From: an uncultured virus (IMG/VR IMGVR_UViG_3300029305_005184)
Lineage: Duplodnaviria; Heunggongvirae; Uroviricota; Caudoviricetes
DNA length: 64,000 nucleotides
Virus record (IMG/VR): IMGVR_UViG_3300029305_005184
Strand: one strand, 5' to 3'
This document shows, piece by piece, positions 1 to 9,831 of the stretch (within the stretch, counting starts at the first letter, position 1; each line of letters opens with the position of its first letter). Under the pieces are notes generated by a model. The model was not told the DNA's origin. It saw only the letters and a list, made by a program, of their open reading frames with translations, and did no database searches. A program made the translations under genes and the position numbers.

Positions 1-167
1 TCCAGACCGCAGGCTTCCACAAGCCGCAAAGCGATATTCGGGTGTGTAATCCAGCCGAGATAGACAATCCCTTCCAGCAAGGCAATGGATATCCTGCATC
101 TATACAGCAAATCTCCATGCTTTTTTGATGCTCTGCGATCTTACGCCTCGTTTCGGCCATGCTTGCT

Positions 168-410
168 TCATTGCTCATTTTTTGCTGCTCCTTCATACGA
201 GATCGCGACTTGCACGCATTTAAGCTGTTCAGGCGAAAGATGATGCAGGTTCCACTTCTGAAGAAGCTGTTCATAGAGTGCAAGCGTTTCAATAACTTCC
301 TGTGGAACAAATTGGCCATCAAAAGGCATATTACCGTTCTTATCCGCGAAATTGATCAGCGGAATCACGTGCAGATTTAATCTGGAACTCTGCTGAGTGT
401 ACATTTTCAT
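168..410 (-). CDS. hypothetical phage protein
   Basis: 80 aa ORF in the tightly packed leftward operon. Confidence 0.5.
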   Translation of the reverse strand: MKMYTQQSSRLNLHVIPLINFADKNGNMPFDGQFVPQEVIETLALYEQLLQKWNLHHLSPEQLKCVQVAISYEGAAKNEQ

Positions 411-616
411 GCTTCGCTATTTGCCTTTCCTATGATTGCCGGGCCTTCAAGGAGATAGAGGTAATTATCGTATCCGGCTTTTCCACCTGTTTTCTTTTCG
501 CGGCCTTGACGAACCGTGTAGCCGTTCTTAATGAGAGTGGCAGCTACGGCGAGTCTGTCCGCTTCTGTCGAAATAAGTATTTTAATCATCTGCGACCTCC
601 TAAATATCGAAAGCAA
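407..616 (-). CDS. hypothetical phage protein
   Basis: Short ORF overlapping both neighbours; start probably at MIKILI. Confidence 0.55.
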   Translation of the reverse strand: MLSIFRRSQMIKILISTEADRLAVAATLIKNGYTVRQGREKKTGGKAGYDNYLYLLEGPAIIGKANSEA

Positions 617-1535
617 GCTGGCCTTGTGCTTGTCGGCGTTTATTTGCCGCTGTAACCTCGATCACTTTAACGGGTTCCTGTTCCTCAAGTATTGGTGTAG
701 ACGGTTTTTCAGGCGGCAATACGAGCGTTTCAGAGGGAGTGTCGTATAAAGGTTCATTGTTATCGCGCAAAGCAATGGTCTTATGTGCTGTGGAATCAAT
801 GATCTTCTTCATTGCTGCTATCTTACGTCGATCATGCCATGTCTCGGAAAAGTACATGGGCGTATACCACACATTCGACGAACCTTCGCCGAATAACACA
901 TCACCAGTGAGCGGATTCGACAGTGAATCGCCGATACGCACATATCCGGCGCAACCCAACAGGGAGAGTTGGATATAACACATCAAGGCGGTGGTATAAT
1001 CTATATCCTGAGCAATGAATAAGGCGGTTTGCTGGTAGTTGATTTTCTCAAGATAGAGCGCCTCGGCCGCACCGATTAGCGTCGCTCCCGCCCCGCAAGC
1101 GCAATCGTTGACGGAAAAGTACCCCTTTCGTTTTATCTCATCTTTGCAATTTGAGGAAACAACCACCATCTTTCCCATCATCTGACAGACGGAGTATGGG
1201 GTAAAGAATTGACCGCCGGCATCATTACCAAGACCGAGAAGCATAAACAAATCTCCGAGCAAATCTTGGAATGGATTATCGTCCAGGATACAGATGATCT
1301 TATTAAACAGTGATACAAAATTTCGTTGTGCACCCGGGTTGTATTTGCTGATGCGTTCAAGGTACAGTTTTTCGCGTTCTTCGTAACGCTTTGCGTCTAC
1401 GCTGTTTGAAATGGCTGTGGCGATAATAATCACCATGTCCTGCCAGACTTCCCATCTGGATCGGGTATAACACAAATCATCGTAGATTTTCAGCAATTCC
1501 CTCTGACCTTGATTGCGTGCTACAGCCTTAGACAT
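600..1535 (-). CDS. N-6 DNA methylase-like protein (HsdM-like N-terminal half)
   Basis: GQFFTP and DCACGAG (SAM-binding motif I) and GDSL; no NPPF/Y catalytic motif visible. Confidence 0.75.
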   Translation of the reverse strand: MSKAVARNQGQRELLKIYDDLCYTRSRWEVWQDMVIIIATAISNSVDAKRYEEREKLYLERISKYNPGAQRNFVSLFNKIICILDDNPFQDLLGDLFMLLGLGNDAGGQFFTPYSVCQMMGKMVVVSSNCKDEIKRKGYFSVNDCACGAGATLIGAAEALYLEKINYQQTALFIAQDIDYTTALMCYIQLSLLGCAGYVRIGDSLSNPLTGDVLFGEGSSNVWYTPMYFSETWHDRRKIAAMKKIIDSTAHKTIALRDNNEPLYDTPSETLVLPPEKPSTPILEEQEPVKVIEVTAANKRRQAQGQLAFDI

Positions 1536-1608
1536 ACTCAGTTACCACCTTATTGCCTTGCTCTGTTGCGAAAGTTCTACATGTCCCGTACTGGGGCGCT
1601 TTATTGTT

Positions 1609-1637
1609 ATTATATCCCCTATTTGGGGCATTGTCAA
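1609..1637 (-). promoter_or_regulatory. sigma70/sigmaA promoter with embedded palindromic operator (copy 1)
   Basis: Minus strand TTGACA-ATGCCCCAAATAGGGGA-TATAAT, 17 bp spacer. Confidence 0.85.
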
Positions 1638-1805
1638 GACGATAAGGACGCGAAATGGGTCATTTTTACGATAGAAAAGTCGCACCTTGATTCTATGCAA
1701 AGTGCGACTATAGAATAAACGGCTAGACTTTTTCCGGGATGTGCGTAAATATCACGTTTTGCTCGTTTGCTCTGAAAAGGTGCAAAATTGTCACATGTGG
1801 CTGGA

Positions 1806-2159
1806 CTATTCGGTGAATATGCGTATGTATTCCTGATAAATATCGTCAAAGGCTTTTTCCCAAACGGCATCGTGATCATGTTCAACACCAACAGCAACAT
1901 GCGCAAGCTCATGAGCAAGTATTTCTGCAGCATTGCTGATGCTGAGGTTTGATGATACAAACACAGCCGGCGGCGTTGCATCGTCCGGGAAATCTGTCAA
2001 TCCATAGACAGTACTGCCATCTTCGGAAGGCCGGATTTCATCATGCCAATAACACACGCATTCCTTACCGGGAAATAAGTTTACAAATGCCTGATAGATA
2101 ACGGCAAACGGGTCGTTCTGAAAAGGGGTTATCATGCGGGTAGAGGTGTTATTTTCCAT
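1806..2159 (-). CDS. HExxH metallopeptidase-like protein (ImmA/IrrE-like)
   Basis: EILAHELAHV followed by HDAVW. Confidence 0.55.
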   Translation of the reverse strand: MENNTSTRMITPFQNDPFAVIYQAFVNLFPGKECVCYWHDEIRPSEDGSTVYGLTDFPDDATPPAVFVSSNLSISNAAEILAHELAHVAVGVEHDHDAVWEKAFDDIYQEYIRIFTE

Positions 2160-2511
2160 ATAGCTCCTTATAAAACTCAGGATCGTTCTTTTTTAAGTAT
2201 CTCTTATATTGGCGTTCTTCCAGCCACCAGCGAAAACGGATACGCAGGGTTATGAGCCAGTTGGGAAGCCAAGCAACCGCACAGTGATTACACGCAAGAT
2301 CGCCATCCTGGCGTCCGTCGCAATACTCGCTTGCATCTTCAAAACCCATTTCCCAGCGGTAGCCAGGGCAACTGCCGCACGGAGGCTCGAAGCCGGATCT
2401 GAACATATACGCGATGCGCCTCATCCATCGTATTTCCTGATTTTTACTCACGTAATTTCTCCAACCTTTCCAAAATATCACTTCTTCGCGCCCGGAGGCC
2501 TTGCAGCTCAA
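2149..2511 (-). CDS. hypothetical protein, Cys-rich
   Basis: ORF in operon; CxxC motifs; start uncertain. Confidence 0.45.
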   Translation of the reverse strand: MSCKASGREEVIFWKGWRNYVSKNQEIRWMRRIAYMFRSGFEPPCGSCPGYRWEMGFEDASEYCDGRQDGDLACNHCAVAWLPNWLITLRIRFRWWLEERQYKRYLKKNDPEFYKELYGK

Positions 2512-2859
2512 TTCGATATTCGGCTGTTATCTGAATTTCCTGTGCAAATAGGCTATTAAACTCATTTATGAGCAAATCTCTTTCTTCGCTCGGTGTAAGC
2601 AGCCGAACCAAAGGATCATTCGCAAATCCATCATACATGCGTTTACTTTTCCTCCTTGCGCGAATAATTTTCTATTACAGCAATCAAAGCCTTGTGTTTC
2701 TCTGCAAATTCAGCTAAGGTTATAGCGCAGGATCGCGCAATCCATCCGAGCTGAATAAAAGCATCCGCAAATACTTCAAAATAACCTTTGGGAATCTGGG
2801 CGGTGTGTCGCTGGCTGCGCAATATCAGAAAATGAGCACGCCGGAGCTGCCGTTCCCGG

Positions 2860-3129
2860 TTATTCATTAAACTCACCCCTTTGCTCAGGGAGCGTTTCCT
2901 CAATCCACGCATCCAGACACGGGATGCAGGTGTAACTTTGCACAGGATTTCCGTCCATAAAACCGATTTCGCGCAGTGCATGATCGCCCTTTTTGATCTT
3001 CTTATTGCAATGAGAGCACAGGTGCTCGGTTTTGCATTTGACCACTTTTGACTTGTAAGACGCTATACCTTCAGAGCCGTTAAAACCATAGAACTCGCAG
3101 TTTTCGTATTCTTTCGCCTTATATTTCAC
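2860..3129 (-). CDS. hypothetical zinc-finger protein
   Basis: CSHC...CIPC. Confidence 0.6.
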   Translation of the reverse strand: MKYKAKEYENCEFYGFNGSEGIASYKSKVVKCKTEHLCSHCNKKIKKGDHALREIGFMDGNPVQSYTCIPCLDAWIEETLPEQRGEFNE

Positions 3130-3941
3130 CGCTTACACTCCCACGGAAATTCCTGTTTGAAGCTGCTGCCCATAAGCTCCTTCAGACTTTCCTTCATGAA
3201 TATTGGCCTGCCGGAATACTCGCACTGTCTGAGCAAACCGTCCACCCATTCGCGCTCCGGGCGTATAATATCTTTTCGCTTGCCTGTTTCAGCACCGACA
3301 ATAACCCAATCCGCCGGGCAATGCGTAGAAAATGGCGTAGAGAAATCTCCGTGGATCGGTTCTATGGAAACGAACAGGTTTTTTACCGGGCATTCGTCGG
3401 CATGATGGAACTTCCAGAGCATATCATCTGTGGTCGCACTGTAGCCATACCAGTGCTTTTCCGGCAGCATACCTTTTTTCGCAAGATCAATATAGCGGGC
3501 GGGATTCTTAGTCAGAAATAAGTATTTATGCCAGGAGGCGGCATCACAAGCAGAGAATACATCCTGAATCCATTCATCCGGCACCCATGCGCCGAAAAGA
3601 TCGGACATGGAGCAGACAAAGATCGTGCGTGGCTGCGTCCATTCGGCAGGCTGCTTAAGACGGTAACGATGGAGTGTAGGGGCAAATTCAAAGGGGTACG
3701 GCGCTTTTCGCCTTTCGCCATCTCTTTTAATTGTCAATGGCTTATCCAGTTCAAAAGCACTGTTTTTGAAGTCACGCAGATAGCGGGCCCGATACGAATC
3801 CCATTCTCCATTTTCGCTACAAGAGAAACCTCCAAAACGATGTGCGATCCCTCTTGCGTAGCAGTACTCACAATCGTGCAGACACCCGGTTACGGGATTC
3901 CAACTGGCATCACACCAATCTATCTTAGTGTTATATCCCAA
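3126..3941 (-). CDS. Phage Gp37/Gp68 (DUF5131) family protein
   Basis: TKIDWCDASWNPVTGCLHDCEYCYA, IFVCSMSDLF, LTKNP, WVIVGAETG. Confidence 0.9.
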   Translation of the reverse strand: MGYNTKIDWCDASWNPVTGCLHDCEYCYARGIAHRFGGFSCSENGEWDSYRARYLRDFKNSAFELDKPLTIKRDGERRKAPYPFEFAPTLHRYRLKQPAEWTQPRTIFVCSMSDLFGAWVPDEWIQDVFSACDAASWHKYLFLTKNPARYIDLAKKGMLPEKHWYGYSATTDDMLWKFHHADECPVKNLFVSIEPIHGDFSTPFSTHCPADWVIVGAETGKRKDIIRPEREWVDGLLRQCEYSGRPIFMKESLKELMGSSFKQEFPWECKR

Positions 3942-4116
3942 AGTTACTCACCCCCTCTTGAATCTTCGTCTTCTATAACATAGAATATCCTTCCACAATC
4001 GCACTCGCTGGCGCCATCTGCACGGCGGCAATATATTTTATCACCACAGAACGGACAAACCTCAGCACGGCTTGTGAATCCGGCGGCATAACCGTAGTCA
4101 TTCATGTGTTTTCCTC

Positions 4117-4563
4117 CTAATCCCAGATCAACGTGCTTTTTGTCTTCATGCAATCTTGAAGAATCATACGAAACAGCGCAAAATCCGATATTTCGCTTTT
4201 GTCACGCTCTGCAACATAGCCATAATGGACATTGTCGTCATAGTTCTTAATTACCTTCAAAAGCTCAATACAGCCGCCATAACGCAGCTTGCCTTCGCAA
4301 TCGGATTGCAGAAGAAAGGATGCAACCTTTTCAGAAATCACCTTGCGTTTGAGCATAGCTTCCGTTTCTGCGTCAAATGCGGCAAACAGCCTATCCCTTG
4401 TCTCGCCGTAACTGAATATGTATTGAGCCGTGGATAGCTTTTTATAGTGCGATGCAAACGGCTCGCCTGCGAGTTCGGCTACCTTCTCGCGCAGCCGGTT
4501 AAAGCCGAAATAGCCCATATCAAGGTAACGGTTCGTCTTCTTGCATTTCAACGTTACTCCCAT
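4117..4563 (-). CDS. hypothetical phage protein
   Basis: ORF with AGGAGG RBS before ATG at 4563. Confidence 0.6.
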   Translation of the reverse strand: MGVTLKCKKTNRYLDMGYFGFNRLREKVAELAGEPFASHYKKLSTAQYIFSYGETRDRLFAAFDAETEAMLKRKVISEKVASFLLQSDCEGKLRYGGCIELLKVIKNYDDNVHYGYVAERDKSEISDFALFRMILQDCMKTKSTLIWD

Positions 4564-4582
4564 ATATATCCTCCTGAATAGA

Positions 4583-4975
4583 TCATTGCTTTGCTGCTTG
4601 TACACCGCGCCATTGCCAGTGATCTTCGCTATCACGATCATCTGCACCATGTATACATTCCTCAAATTTACAGCAACTCATAATATCTCCGGGCGGATAA
4701 TGACCATTAAAATGGATGCAGGCTTTGCAAACACCACGCGCATCTTCTATTGCAGTATCGCGTTCGCGCTCAAGTTGCTGGATGAGGGCGAGGGCATCAG
4801 CGTTGCGTATAACCACGCAGCCCCATCCATGTTTAGTATCAACAATATGTTCATAAGGACAACTCGGACAAGCGTTAAACGCGTTGCAGCACTCCAGCCC
4901 CCGCTTAATCTCTTCCGGCGTTCTGCCGTTGATCTTATCGTTCATCTGGAACCTCATTCCTCGCAATACCAGCAT
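4583..4975 (-). CDS. hypothetical Cys-rich phage protein
   Basis: CPSCPY, CKACIH, WQWRG; similar layout to 8683..9078. Confidence 0.6.
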   Translation of the reverse strand: MLVLRGMRFQMNDKINGRTPEEIKRGLECCNAFNACPSCPYEHIVDTKHGWGCVVIRNADALALIQQLERERDTAIEDARGVCKACIHFNGHYPPGDIMSCCKFEECIHGADDRDSEDHWQWRGVQAAKQ

Positions 4976-5159
4976 TCGCCCACATCACGCATTCTTCCAG
5001 TTTGGTCATGGCCAGCGACTTTTCTCGGCTGTCAGGAACCAATTCATCAATCATGTAAGCCAGCTCCTTCGCCATCTTACGAATATCGGCGTACTTTGCC
5101 GCTTGCCCATCTTTGGGAGGGTGATATACGAAAGCATTTTCGATCTGATGATTGTTCAT
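4935..5159 (-). CDS. Acb2/Tad1-like helical-hairpin protein (candidate immune-signal sponge)
   Basis: 74 aa; SREKSLAMTKLEECVMWAN resembles the conserved C-terminal helix of Tad1/Acb2-type proteins; AAGGAG RBS. Confidence 0.6.
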   Translation of the reverse strand: MNNHQIENAFVYHPPKDGQAAKYADIRKMAKELAYMIDELVPDSREKSLAMTKLEECVMWANAGIARNEVPDER

Positions 5160-5176
5160 TTTATTCTCCTTTGCTG

Positions 5177-5434
5177 TCAGAAAAACATAACTTGATCGTC
5201 TTCGCAGGAATCATCTTTTGCTGCTTGTTCTTTTTGATGCTTGATGAACGCGCTTACTTTTTTATTCCAGACATCAATCACATCTCTTGCGTAAACTCTG
5301 CTGTCGTTGACAACCATTGCTGTCAGATGGGCTTTTTTGAAAAGGGGCTTGCACGCCACCTCTACCCGATAGTCGTCGCGATGCTTGATTTTAGGATATT
5401 TGCCGCAGATCGGGCAAGGTTGGATCTCATACAT
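5177..5434 (-). CDS. Lar-like zinc-ribbon protein
   Basis: IQPCPICG at N-terminus, IDVWNK near C-terminus. Confidence 0.45.
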   Translation of the reverse strand: MYEIQPCPICGKYPKIKHRDDYRVEVACKPLFKKAHLTAMVVNDSRVYARDVIDVWNKKVSAFIKHQKEQAAKDDSCEDDQVMFF

Positions 5435-5448
5435 GTCAGATCACCTCT

Positions 5449-5802
5449 TTATCTCTTATTCCAGGGAACGAATTCCTGAATTTTGCGCAGGAGCGACGCC
5501 GCATCACCATCGAAACAGATTGCGCGATCATCGATATACACGATTGCCGAGGGCTTTTCGGAGCATATCTTATCAACCTCGATTCCGTTATCACGAAGGT
5601 AATCGCGCACAGCTCTTGCACCTTCAAGCGTAGCGGTGCGGGTAGACACGATCGCAACTTCATATCCGGCTTGCCGGATGCTTTGGATTGCCTGTCGAAT
5701 ACCGGGTACCGGCGGGTCGGGAATGATGTCAACGCCTTGCCAACCAGATGTGTAGCTATGGATAACACCGTCAAAATCAAATACAACCGTTTGTTTGTTC
5801 AT
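5449..5802 (-). CDS. HAD-superfamily phosphatase/nucleotidase-like protein
   Basis: VVFDFDGVI motif I and YIDDRA motif IV. Confidence 0.8.
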   Translation of the reverse strand: MNKQTVVFDFDGVIHSYTSGWQGVDIIPDPPVPGIRQAIQSIRQAGYEVAIVSTRTATLEGARAVRDYLRDNGIEVDKICSEKPSAIVYIDDRAICFDGDAASLLRKIQEFVPWNKR

Positions 5803-5977
5803 GCTGTTTCATCTCCTTTGCGCGTCTTGCTGATAACTCCTGCACTCTTTTCAGACATGCAGGGCAGTTGAACTTACCGTACCCTTTAGGTAACAGTATA
5901 CCGCAGCGGGTACACAATCCATATTGCTTTCGCTCGGCGCGAAGCCGAGCCATTCTTTCGCGCGGTTTCATATTCAT
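5777..5977 (-). CDS. small zinc-finger protein
   Basis: CTRCG...CPAC. Confidence 0.55.
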   Translation of the reverse strand: MNMKPRERMARLRAERKQYGLCTRCGILLPKGYGKFNCPACLKRVQELSARRAKEMKQHEQTNGCI

Positions 5978-6345
5978 TTCTCCATCTTTTCAAAGTAAAA
6001 TTTCACAGGCTGAGGATTGGGAATTACTAAGCCATAGCGTACGGCTATTCTGTAAGTGGCACTGTCTCTCATAAGCACGGCAGGTTGGTTCTCCAGCATC
6101 CGGCGAAATCCTTCGACGGTTGAACGGCTTTTATAATGATTGCAGCTTCGGCATGCCGGCAGCATATTGTCGAGGGTATCCTCACCTCGCTCGCTCCAGC
6201 CATTGAGAGGTATTACATGGTCTACCTGCATATCGCGGATGGTTAGTTCGCAACCGCAATATGCACAATGGCCGTCTGTCTTGCTGAAAATCCGCTCACG
6301 CTCGGCGTTGGAGAGCTTGCGGCGTTTGCTAATTAGAACATTCAT
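5974..6345 (-). CDS. HNH endonuclease
   Basis: CAYCG, VDHVIP, DNMLPACRSCNHYK. Confidence 0.92.
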   Translation of the reverse strand: MNVLISKRRKLSNAERERIFSKTDGHCAYCGCELTIRDMQVDHVIPLNGWSERGEDTLDNMLPACRSCNHYKSRSTVEGFRRMLENQPAVLMRDSATYRIAVRYGLVIPNPQPVKFYFEKMEK

Positions 6346-6530
6346 AAGGACACCTCATATCGCTGCGTCAATATACATTAACGCAAATGAGCCGACTATA
6401 ATAGCGGAAATAATGGCTAAAATCGTTACGGCTGTACAGACGATCATCCCTATTCGAGTTGTACAATTTATAGCTAACGAATAAAAAGCGCAAGCGATGA
6501 TAATGGATAAGGCACAAATTATGATAGAAC

Positions 6531-6932
6531 TCATTGCAGCAACTCCGCATTATCAAACGTGTTGCCAATTACCTCATAATCGCAATAGTTGGCAATTTTG
6601 CAGGTTTTTTCTTCGCGATTCTGCGTTGTGCGTCTGAACTCACATTTCTCAGAACTCCAGACAATGACGCCGACGGTGAATTTGTCCTTATCATTCAGAT
6701 TATTGTAGTGCCGAACGATGTCGTTTTCATAGATGCGCTTTTTGTTGCGGTCATACAAGCCGGTAAACTGGCAGATGGAGTACGGCTTGACATCCACCTT
6801 AATGCCGGTGACATCGTAAATGTCGCTGATCTCATATCCCTTATAGATACCGAATGGCCCGCTGAGATAGCCTTCAACCCACTCGCTGGTATCACAGCGT
6901 TTTGCCTTAAATAGAAATTCTCTCATGTGCAT
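6531..6932 (-). CDS. YopX family protein
   Basis: MREFLFKAK, QFTGLYD..KRIYENDIV, EVIGNTFDN.ELL. Confidence 0.88.
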   Translation of the reverse strand: MHMREFLFKAKRCDTSEWVEGYLSGPFGIYKGYEISDIYDVTGIKVDVKPYSICQFTGLYDRNKKRIYENDIVRHYNNLNDKDKFTVGVIVWSSEKCEFRRTTQNREEKTCKIANYCDYEVIGNTFDNAELLQ

Positions 6933-7302
6933 TCTCCAATAATTCAGGATTGTCGTGGATATTTCCGATTACTGTCCATGTTCCATAATCGTATGACTCC
7001 AGCATATCGGGCGAACAGCCTGGTTGGCATATACGCCATGCAAAGTCGTTCCACGCGACGAAGCAGACGGTTGTGTCAGAAGGATTCAGGCGATCCAGAT
7101 GCGCAGCGACGATGTCTCCTTCAAAAATCCGCAACCCCTTTGCATCTTTTATGCCGGTGTATTCTCCTACGCTGATTGGATCAACTTGCCCCAAAGTTTC
7201 GGCATAATAGCCGCAATAGGTACGTCCGAGGCTATGGATTAAGTCGCCTTCAATCCATTTTCCAGTATTAAGTTCCTTGCCGCGGAAAAGTATTTCACGC
7301 AT
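6907..7302 (-). CDS. YopX family protein
   Basis: MREILFRGK, YTGIKD..G.RIFEGDIV, VIGNIHDNPELL. Confidence 0.9.
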   Translation of the reverse strand: MREILFRGKELNTGKWIEGDLIHSLGRTYCGYYAETLGQVDPISVGEYTGIKDAKGLRIFEGDIVAAHLDRLNPSDTTVCFVAWNDFAWRICQPGCSPDMLESYDYGTWTVIGNIHDNPELLENAHERISI

Positions 7303-7308
7303 CCAATC

Positions 7309-7686
7309 TCACCCTTTCGCATCGTTTATCGGCCAGATTCCCAGCTTTACTGCTATATTCGCTGGTATTGGCTTATGCCAACAGTAATATGGAGCTCGAT
7401 CACATTCCCCAGATAAAGAACTGCACCCAAGTTCTTTAGGTGATGCAAAAGAGCAAGGAGAGACCATTTTTGCACCGCTGTTTCCGAAATTCGTTTCCCA
7501 CCATTGAATCCACGTGGGGTATTCAGGATGCTCATTTGCCCAGCGCATGACCATTTTTTCGAAGCTGTCAGGGTGTATAAGAGCTGCTGTCGGCATATCA
7601 TCATCAATCAAGCAGATATCTTCTTCGGTCATTGCCGCCTTGCACATGCGATTAAACTGCCGGATTACCTCTTGAAATTCAGCCAT
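7309..7686 (-). CDS. hypothetical phage protein
   Basis: Likely start MAEFQE overlapping the upstream stop. Confidence 0.55.
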   Translation of the reverse strand: MAEFQEVIRQFNRMCKAAMTEEDICLIDDDMPTAALIHPDSFEKMVMRWANEHPEYPTWIQWWETNFGNSGAKMVSPCSFASPKELGCSSLSGECDRAPYYCWHKPIPANIAVKLGIWPINDAKG

Positions 7687-8008
7687 CGTTATCACCTGCC
7701 TCTGCTTCGGTAATCCACTGGTCGATTGTCTGACCGCAGCGATCAAGCGCCTCGGCAAAAGTCGCGCCTTTCCAAGAATAGTGCCGTGCAGGGCCGAGAA
7801 CGTAGCAGTGCAGTTTGATCTCGCAAAAACACTCCTGATGATTGACGGGCTTGCCGCCGTTATCGAAGTAATCCGGGAATACGAATCCGACTTCAAAAGC
7901 GCCTTCGTAGCTTTTGCAATGGCTGTCGCGCTGGAGCTGGCGCTCTATCGCATCGAACACCTTTTGCCGCAAAGCGGTTAAGCGTTGCATGTTTTTGTCA
8001 AAATCCAT
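7679..8008 (-). CDS. hypothetical phage protein
   Basis: 109 aa ORF in operon. Confidence 0.6.
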   Translation of the reverse strand: MDFDKNMQRLTALRQKVFDAIERQLQRDSHCKSYEGAFEVGFVFPDYFDNGGKPVNHQECFCEIKLHCYVLGPARHYSWKGATFAEALDRCGQTIDQWITEAEAGDNDG

Positions 8009-8012
8009 ATTC

Positions 8013-8705
8013 TCACTTACCTTTCCTGCCGGCAGCGTCTTTGCGGATCAGATCATGAAGTTCGTCCAGCAGAACCACGCAGCCATAATCCTCCACATAA
8101 ACTTTGCCGTTCTGACCTTGCTCGGCAGCCCATGCATCATAAGCCTCCTGAACGGTTCGTAACCCCTTCATGTCGAGCATGTCGGTCATATCTTCGTAAC
8201 CTTCGTCGTCGCAAAGGGTTATTACTTTGTCTGTGATATTGAGGTCTTTCAGAATGTCCAATTCAATCATGGAAAACATCCACTTGGGCGGCAAATTTCC
8301 ATTCTCAGCTTCTTCTCGCCAGAACAGTATAAAATCTTCAACATCGCAGATGCTATCACTATTCGGCGCGTTGCACATGCCGGTGTAGTTTGATAAATGG
8401 ATTTTTCGCGCCTTGTTGAATCGCGCCTCATTGAGTTCTGCTATCTGCGCTTTATAACATTCTTCACAGAATGCTTTTCCCCGTGACTTCGGATGTTTTT
8501 TACACTTGGGACAAATGGAATTATCAAGGCCAATTCCATTGCAATCCGGGCAAATCATTATCGTACCCAGCATATTTCGCGCAACGCCTGCGCCTTCGCA
8601 TCTTTCGCATAATTTGTCGGTCTCAAAACGAAGCTCGCGTATAACTGGCGTTGGAAATTTCTTGGCGATTATGGCCGCCACATCAACTGTGATTTTTCTG
8701 CTCAT
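8013..8705 (-). CDS. DnaJ-type zinc-finger containing protein
   Basis: CERCEGAG and CPDCNGIG (CxxCxGxG); AAGGAG RBS before MSRKIT. Confidence 0.6.
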   Translation of the reverse strand: MSRKITVDVAAIIAKKFPTPVIRELRFETDKLCERCEGAGVARNMLGTIMICPDCNGIGLDNSICPKCKKHPKSRGKAFCEECYKAQIAELNEARFNKARKIHLSNYTGMCNAPNSDSICDVEDFILFWREEAENGNLPPKWMFSMIELDILKDLNITDKVITLCDDEGYEDMTDMLDMKGLRTVQEAYDAWAAEQGQNGKVYVEDYGCVVLLDELHDLIRKDAAGRKGK

Positions 8706-9078
8706 GTTTATCTCCTTCTGCGGGTGCACCCCGCCATTTCCAGTTGTTTTCAAAATCGCAATCTGCACAGGGGGTATCTTGAAGCATCGGACAAGTGCCA
8801 AATTCAAAATCCATACATGACCACCGCATATTGGGTATGTCGCTTCCGTCCGACCATTTGACGCCGACCCCTCCGATATACTTAGGGCATTGCTTGTCTG
8901 CGCAGACATGATGATGTGCGCAGACATCACATCCATTGTCCGCATTTTTCACTAGCATGCGCATATCTTTTAATGCTGCATCTAGACGTTTGCATAGCTG
9001 CTTATTTTCCTCGGACAATTCGCTTGCTTGCCTTGCGAGTTCGCGAAAGGTATCAGCTACTGCACTTTCATTCATCAT
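8683..9078 (-). CDS. hypothetical Cys-rich phage protein
   Basis: Coiled coil, several Cys pairs, WKWRG. Confidence 0.6.
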   Translation of the reverse strand: MMNESAVADTFRELARQASELSEENKQLCKRLDAALKDMRMLVKNADNGCDVCAHHHVCADKQCPKYIGGVGVKWSDGSDIPNMRWSCMDFEFGTCPMLQDTPCADCDFENNWKWRGAPAEGDKHEQKNHS

Positions 9079-9400
9079 TTGTTCTCCTTATGCCGCGGCT
9101 GCAAAATTCATCCGGGTTCGGCCAGTTGCCAAACGAATAGCACATCATAACATTACCCATAGGCTCAGGCCTGTAAAGTGTGCAATCCCGACAATGGACA
9201 AGCTGTTGCGCGTTGCCGGCGCGTTTATTCCACATCTGAGCGGCTGTCTCCGCGTTTGACCACTTTTTGCTGATTCTGCCAGGGCAACTGGTGTTCGTGC
9301 AACGAGGCGTATAATCCATGCCTTTGGGAATATGGCGTTCAACCTTCATTTCTGCGGGACTTCCGCAGAATGGACAGTTATCCAACTTCGACATAGTCAC
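9068..9400 (-). CDS. Lar family restriction-alleviation-like protein
   Basis: LDNCPFCGS...C..SC...AAQMWNKR. Confidence 0.65.
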   Translation of the reverse strand: MTMSKLDNCPFCGSPAEMKVERHIPKGMDYTPRCTNTSCPGRISKKWSNAETAAQMWNKRAGNAQQLVHCRDCTLYRPEPMGNVMMCYSFGNWPNPDEFCSRGIRRTNDE

Positions 9401-9831
9401 TCACCAACGGTGCGCATTTTTACAACGAGTTCGGGATTATTGATCTCGTTGCCGATCACCTTGACTGTTGTATGCAAAAACTGATCGGGTGCAAGCGTCC
9501 ACATGATATAATTCTGCCACGACGGGTAGATAATCCACATGCCGTCCTTGCGCTGCTGAACGGTGCCGCGGGCTTGAACACCTTCGCTACAGCATTCAAC
9601 GATATCGCCTTCGAATATCTCATGCCCATCTGCGTCCGTGAGCCCGGTGAACTGACCGATAGTAGACGGAAGAACCGGGCAAACATCTACTTTTGCATGG
9701 CAAGTTACTGGAACATACATGCTATCGAGCCTTACGGAATCGACAATGTACGCTGCGCCGTGTCTCTGGATAAGAGAGCCTTTAACCCATCTGCCGTTAA
9801 AATCCTGACCGCGAAACAGATAATTACGCAT
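9397..9831 (-). CDS. YopX family protein
   Basis: MRNYLFRG, TIGQFTGLTD.DG.EIFEGDIV, VIGNEINNPEL. Confidence 0.88.
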   Translation of the reverse strand: MRNYLFRGQDFNGRWVKGSLIQRHGAAYIVDSVRLDSMYVPVTCHAKVDVCPVLPSTIGQFTGLTDADGHEIFEGDIVECCSEGVQARGTVQQRKDGMWIIYPSWQNYIMWTLAPDQFLHTTVKVIGNEINNPELVVKMRTVGE

